64,000 bases of DNA, taken from NCBI GenBank assembly GCA_963705105.1, contig CAVPIW010000007.1, positions 224,001 to 288,000 on the forward strand, given 5' to 3'. A program made the position numbers and the translations under genes. The notes under the pieces were generated by a model. It did not search any database. It was not told the DNA's origin and saw only the letters and a list, made by a program, of their open reading frames with translations. The DNA is from an uncultured Nitrospiraceae bacterium (GTDB taxonomy: Bacteria > Nitrospirota > Thermodesulfovibrionia > Thermodesulfovibrionales > Dissulfurispiraceae). Positions 61,224-64,000 of the stretch are shown piece after piece (positions within the stretch are counted from its first letter, which is position 1; each line of letters opens with the position of its first letter).

Positions 61224-61390
61224 CCTTATCGTTGCAACACACTCCCAGGAAAGGCGGGGTGTATGCGCCGAAAACCTTGATGCGGCGACACCGTAGCATA
61301 ATAAGAAAGGTGGGCATATGCTGACACTCACACTGTCACTGTCACTATTTTTCAGAGCGCTTCGCCCCGCCTTTCCAACCAGCCGAAAGG
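61224..61390 (+). mobile_element. MITE family A (short type), tandem with previous copy
   Basis: TTTA[CCTTATCGTTGCAAC...CCAACCAGCCGAAAGG]TCTA. Confidence 0.92.
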
Positions 61391-61411
61391 TCTATCCCCG
61401 AGCCGCCGGCG

Positions 61412-62860
61412 CTAATGGGCGCCCTCCCTCTTGAGGACGACACGCACCGTCTTGAAGAGGATGACGATGTCGAGCCACAGGTTCCAGTTCTTCACATACC
61501 AGGAGTCGAGGGCTATCCGGTAACTGTTGCTCGTGTTGCTCCTGCCCGAGACCTGCCAGAGGCCCGTGATGCCCGGCTTCGTCAGCAGGATTGCTTCACA
61601 TTGACCTCCGATCTCCCTGACCTCCCTCGGCAGATACGGCCTGGGTCCCACCAGGCTCATTTCGCCCCTGATCACGTTGAAGATCTGCGGCAGCTCGTCG
61701 AAAGACGTCTCCCTCAGGAACCTCCCGATCGCCGTGATGCGCGGGTCATCCCTGAGCTTCCAGTACTGTTCGAATTCCGTCCGTGCCCCGGCGTCCTTCT
61801 CGAGAAGCTCCGACAGCCTCTCCTCGGCGTCTCCATACATCGTCCTGAACTTGTAACACCGGAACGTCCTGCCTCCCTGCCCCACCCTCTTCTGGACGAA
61901 AATGGCCGACCCCTTCGAATCGAGCCTGATCAGCAGGGCGATCAGGAGCATCGGGACGAACAGCAGCGGAAGCAGAAGGATGGAAACGACGACGTCGAAA
62001 CAGCGTTTCACGAGGACATTGAGCGGCTTGGCGAGATTGTTCTTCACCTCGAGCACGATGGCCTGTTCCTGGAAGAAATGCTGGAGGCTCGTACCGAGAA
62101 CAGCGATGCCGTGCATGTCGGGGACGAAAAGGATGCGTTCCACCCTGTGCTGAAGACGGTTGATCAGGTCATGGAGCTTCTCCTTGTCCTCTCCCGGCAG
62201 GGCGATGAATACGTCTGAAATGGCGCATCTCTGCAGGTAGTTCATCACCTTGTCGAGACCGCGGCGGACCTTGATGCCGTCGATCCTCGTGCCGACGACA
62301 AGGGGATCATCATCCACGAAGCCGATGACCTCATACCCGTAATTCGGCTCCTTTTTCAGGGCCCTCATAACGAGTTTTCCCGTGTCCCCGGCCCCTATGA
62401 TAAGCACTTTACGCCTGAAAAGGCCCATCGATCTCAGGATCTTCTTCGACAGGATCCTGGCCAGCGGCAGCAGAGCGAACGCGACGCATCCCATGAGAAA
62501 AACGACGGTCCTCGAAATATGGCCGCTCAGTTGCCCGATCGAGACGATCGTGAATATCCCGATCGTCGAAAAGAAGGTCACCTTCCAGACGCCCTTGATC
62601 TCGTCCCAGAAGGAGAGGCGTTCCGTATAGAGGCCCTCGCGGTAGAAAAAGAAAAGCCATACAAGGAATATCCACCACGTCGTCATGAAACTGCCGAAGG
62701 GAAATTCCGGAGGGAAGTAGGGATAGACAAGGGGCAGGATAAAGGTTCTTATAAACACTGCGAGCTGGAAACTCATGAGGAGGCTGACGATGTCGACAAC
62801 GGCTATGGCTGCCACCTCAGAGATATACTGAAAGCGTGAGAATGCCTGAGTCTTCTTCAT
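61412..62860 (-). CDS. wbaP: Undecaprenyl-phosphate sugar-1-phosphate transferase (WbaP-like)
   Basis: KRCFD, KFRTM, DDPRIT, DELPQ, GEMSLVGPRP, KPGITGLWQVSGR. Confidence 0.9.
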   Translation of the reverse strand: MKKTQAFSRFQYISEVAAIAVVDIVSLLMSFQLAVFIRTFILPLVYPYFPPEFPFGSFMTTWWIFLVWLFFFYREGLYTERLSFWDEIKGVWKVTFFSTIGIFTIVSIGQLSGHISRTVVFLMGCVAFALLPLARILSKKILRSMGLFRRKVLIIGAGDTGKLVMRALKKEPNYGYEVIGFVDDDPLVVGTRIDGIKVRRGLDKVMNYLQRCAISDVFIALPGEDKEKLHDLINRLQHRVERILFVPDMHGIAVLGTSLQHFFQEQAIVLEVKNNLAKPLNVLVKRCFDVVVSILLLPLLFVPMLLIALLIRLDSKGSAIFVQKRVGQGGRTFRCYKFRTMYGDAEERLSELLEKDAGARTEFEQYWKLRDDPRITAIGRFLRETSFDELPQIFNVIRGEMSLVGPRPYLPREVREIGGQCEAILLTKPGITGLWQVSGRSNTSNSYRIALDSWYVKNWNLWLDIVILFKTVRVVLKREGAH

Positions 62861-62970
62861 GGTCCTGAAAATGGAGGAGCCCGACAGGGCGCCTCCGGGC
62901 CGGAGACCCTGTTCAGCCTGCCGATTCGTCTGATGTGCTGCTGCCGGCACAGGTGTCCTGTTCAGGGAAA

Positions 62971-63951
62971 TTAACCGCCGATCTTCGACATGTCTTTCAG
63001 GTGCGAGAATCCATCCTCCCGGCCGATTGAGTGACCCTGGGGCTTGATTTCGACGGCGAGCCGGAGCATCCGCTCTATCTCCTCATCCGGGACGCCGCTC
63101 CGGAGCGGCGTCTTCAGGTCAATCTCCGTTTCAGAAAAAAGGCAGGGCCTCAGCTTCCCGTCGGCAGTCAGCCTCAGGCGGTTGCAGCTGCCGCAGAAGT
63201 GATGTGTCAAAGCGCTGATGAACCCGACGACCCCGCGGGCGTTTTCGAACCTGAAATACCGGGCCGGGCCGGCCTTGCGGACCCTGACCGGCATGAGGGG
63301 ACCGACACGGGAAAGCCTCTCCCTGATTTCCTCTATGGAGATGTATTTCTCCTCGCTCCAGAAATCGCGCGCCCCGATCGGCATGAATTCAATGAACCGG
63401 ACGTGATAGGGCAATGTCTTCGTCATGTTTGCGAAGTCCTCGATTTCATCATCGTTGAACCCGCGGATCGGGACCATGTTGATCTTGACCGGCATCAACC
63501 CCGACCTCTCCGCTTCGTCGATGCCTTCCATGACGAGGGACTTTTCCCCTCCCCTTGTCATCTCCCGGAACCGGTCGTCCCTCAGCGTGTCGAGACTGAT
63601 GTTCACTCTTCTCAGCCCTGCCGCGGCGAGGGGCCGTGCAAACTGCTTCAGGAGCATCCCGTTCGTCGTGAGGCTCACATCCTCGATGCCTTCCGTTGCA
63701 GAAACGGCTTCAATGAGGTGGACGAGATTTCGCCTGATGAGGGGCTCGCCGCCGGTGATCCGGATTTTTCTTACCCCCAGCCGGGCGGCGACGCGGACGA
63801 TACGGACGATCTCTTCATAGCTGAGGATGTGGCGATGGGAGACGGGCTTCACACCCTCGGAGGGCATGCAGTAAATGCACCGAAGGTTGCAGCGGTCGGT
63901 CACGGAGATTCTCATGTAGTCGATCACCCGCTCAAAGGAATCCCGTATCAT
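62971..63951 (-). CDS. moaA: GTP 3',8-cyclase
   Basis: RISVTDRCNLRCIYCMP, FCGSCNRLRLTADG, MSKIGG. Confidence 0.97.
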   Translation of the reverse strand: MIRDSFERVIDYMRISVTDRCNLRCIYCMPSEGVKPVSHRHILSYEEIVRIVRVAARLGVRKIRITGGEPLIRRNLVHLIEAVSATEGIEDVSLTTNGMLLKQFARPLAAAGLRRVNISLDTLRDDRFREMTRGGEKSLVMEGIDEAERSGLMPVKINMVPIRGFNDDEIEDFANMTKTLPYHVRFIEFMPIGARDFWSEEKYISIEEIRERLSRVGPLMPVRVRKAGPARYFRFENARGVVGFISALTHHFCGSCNRLRLTADGKLRPCLFSETEIDLKTPLRSGVPDEEIERMLRLAVEIKPQGHSIGREDGFSHLKDMSKIGG

Positions 63952-64000
63952 CGGCTTTCACCTCCGCTGGACCACTGGGTCCGCAACACTCTTCTCAGCT

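Noticed and set aside
15650..61390. Family A as CRISPR repeats (GTTGCA/TGCAAC ends) or integron attC sites
   Set aside because: Copies are dispersed in both orientations among housekeeping genes and show 4-bp TSDs; the end order GTT...AAC is opposite to attC (RYYYAAC...GTTRRRY); no integrase
1..64000. tRNA, rRNA, riboswitch, DGR, retron or group II intron
   Set aside because: No recognisable RNA gene, reverse transcriptase or template/variable repeat pair seen by eye; a covariance-model scan could still find small RNAs

Overview
GC-rich bacterial chromosomal segment. Gene content and style suggest Nitrospirota (Thermodesulfovibrionia-like) or a deltaproteobacterium, which is inference only. 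Housekeeping blocks: 5' end of hemL; malQ plus an LPS-core glycosyltransferase operon; queF; divergent trpF-trpB2 and trpB-trpA-accD-folC-lptD-truB (truB frameshifted); methylcitrate prpBCD; rsfS-rlmH-HARP (protein-only RNase P); CIRCE-hrcA-grpE-dnaK-dnaJ-rsmE; ornithine decarboxylase-speE; NosL-like gene; T2SS gspEF plus pseudopilins; rfbC, wbaP and moaA. The most striking non-genic feature is a very dense, modular, non-autonomous ~165-290 bp inverted-repeat element (MITE-like, termini CCTTNNNGTTGCA...TGCAACNNNAAGG). It has about 19 copies plus fragments in 64 kb. Seven copies show perfect 4-bp target duplications, one has a filled-versus-empty site pair, and several are nested or tandem. Further features are two other dispersed repeat families, a compound ~100-bp tandem array, four toxin-antitoxin loci, and several internally deleted or split defence/mobile gene relics (MmeI-like, HepT, RAYT, EVE/HsdR_N-like, IS1634). 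All calls were made by eye without database searches.
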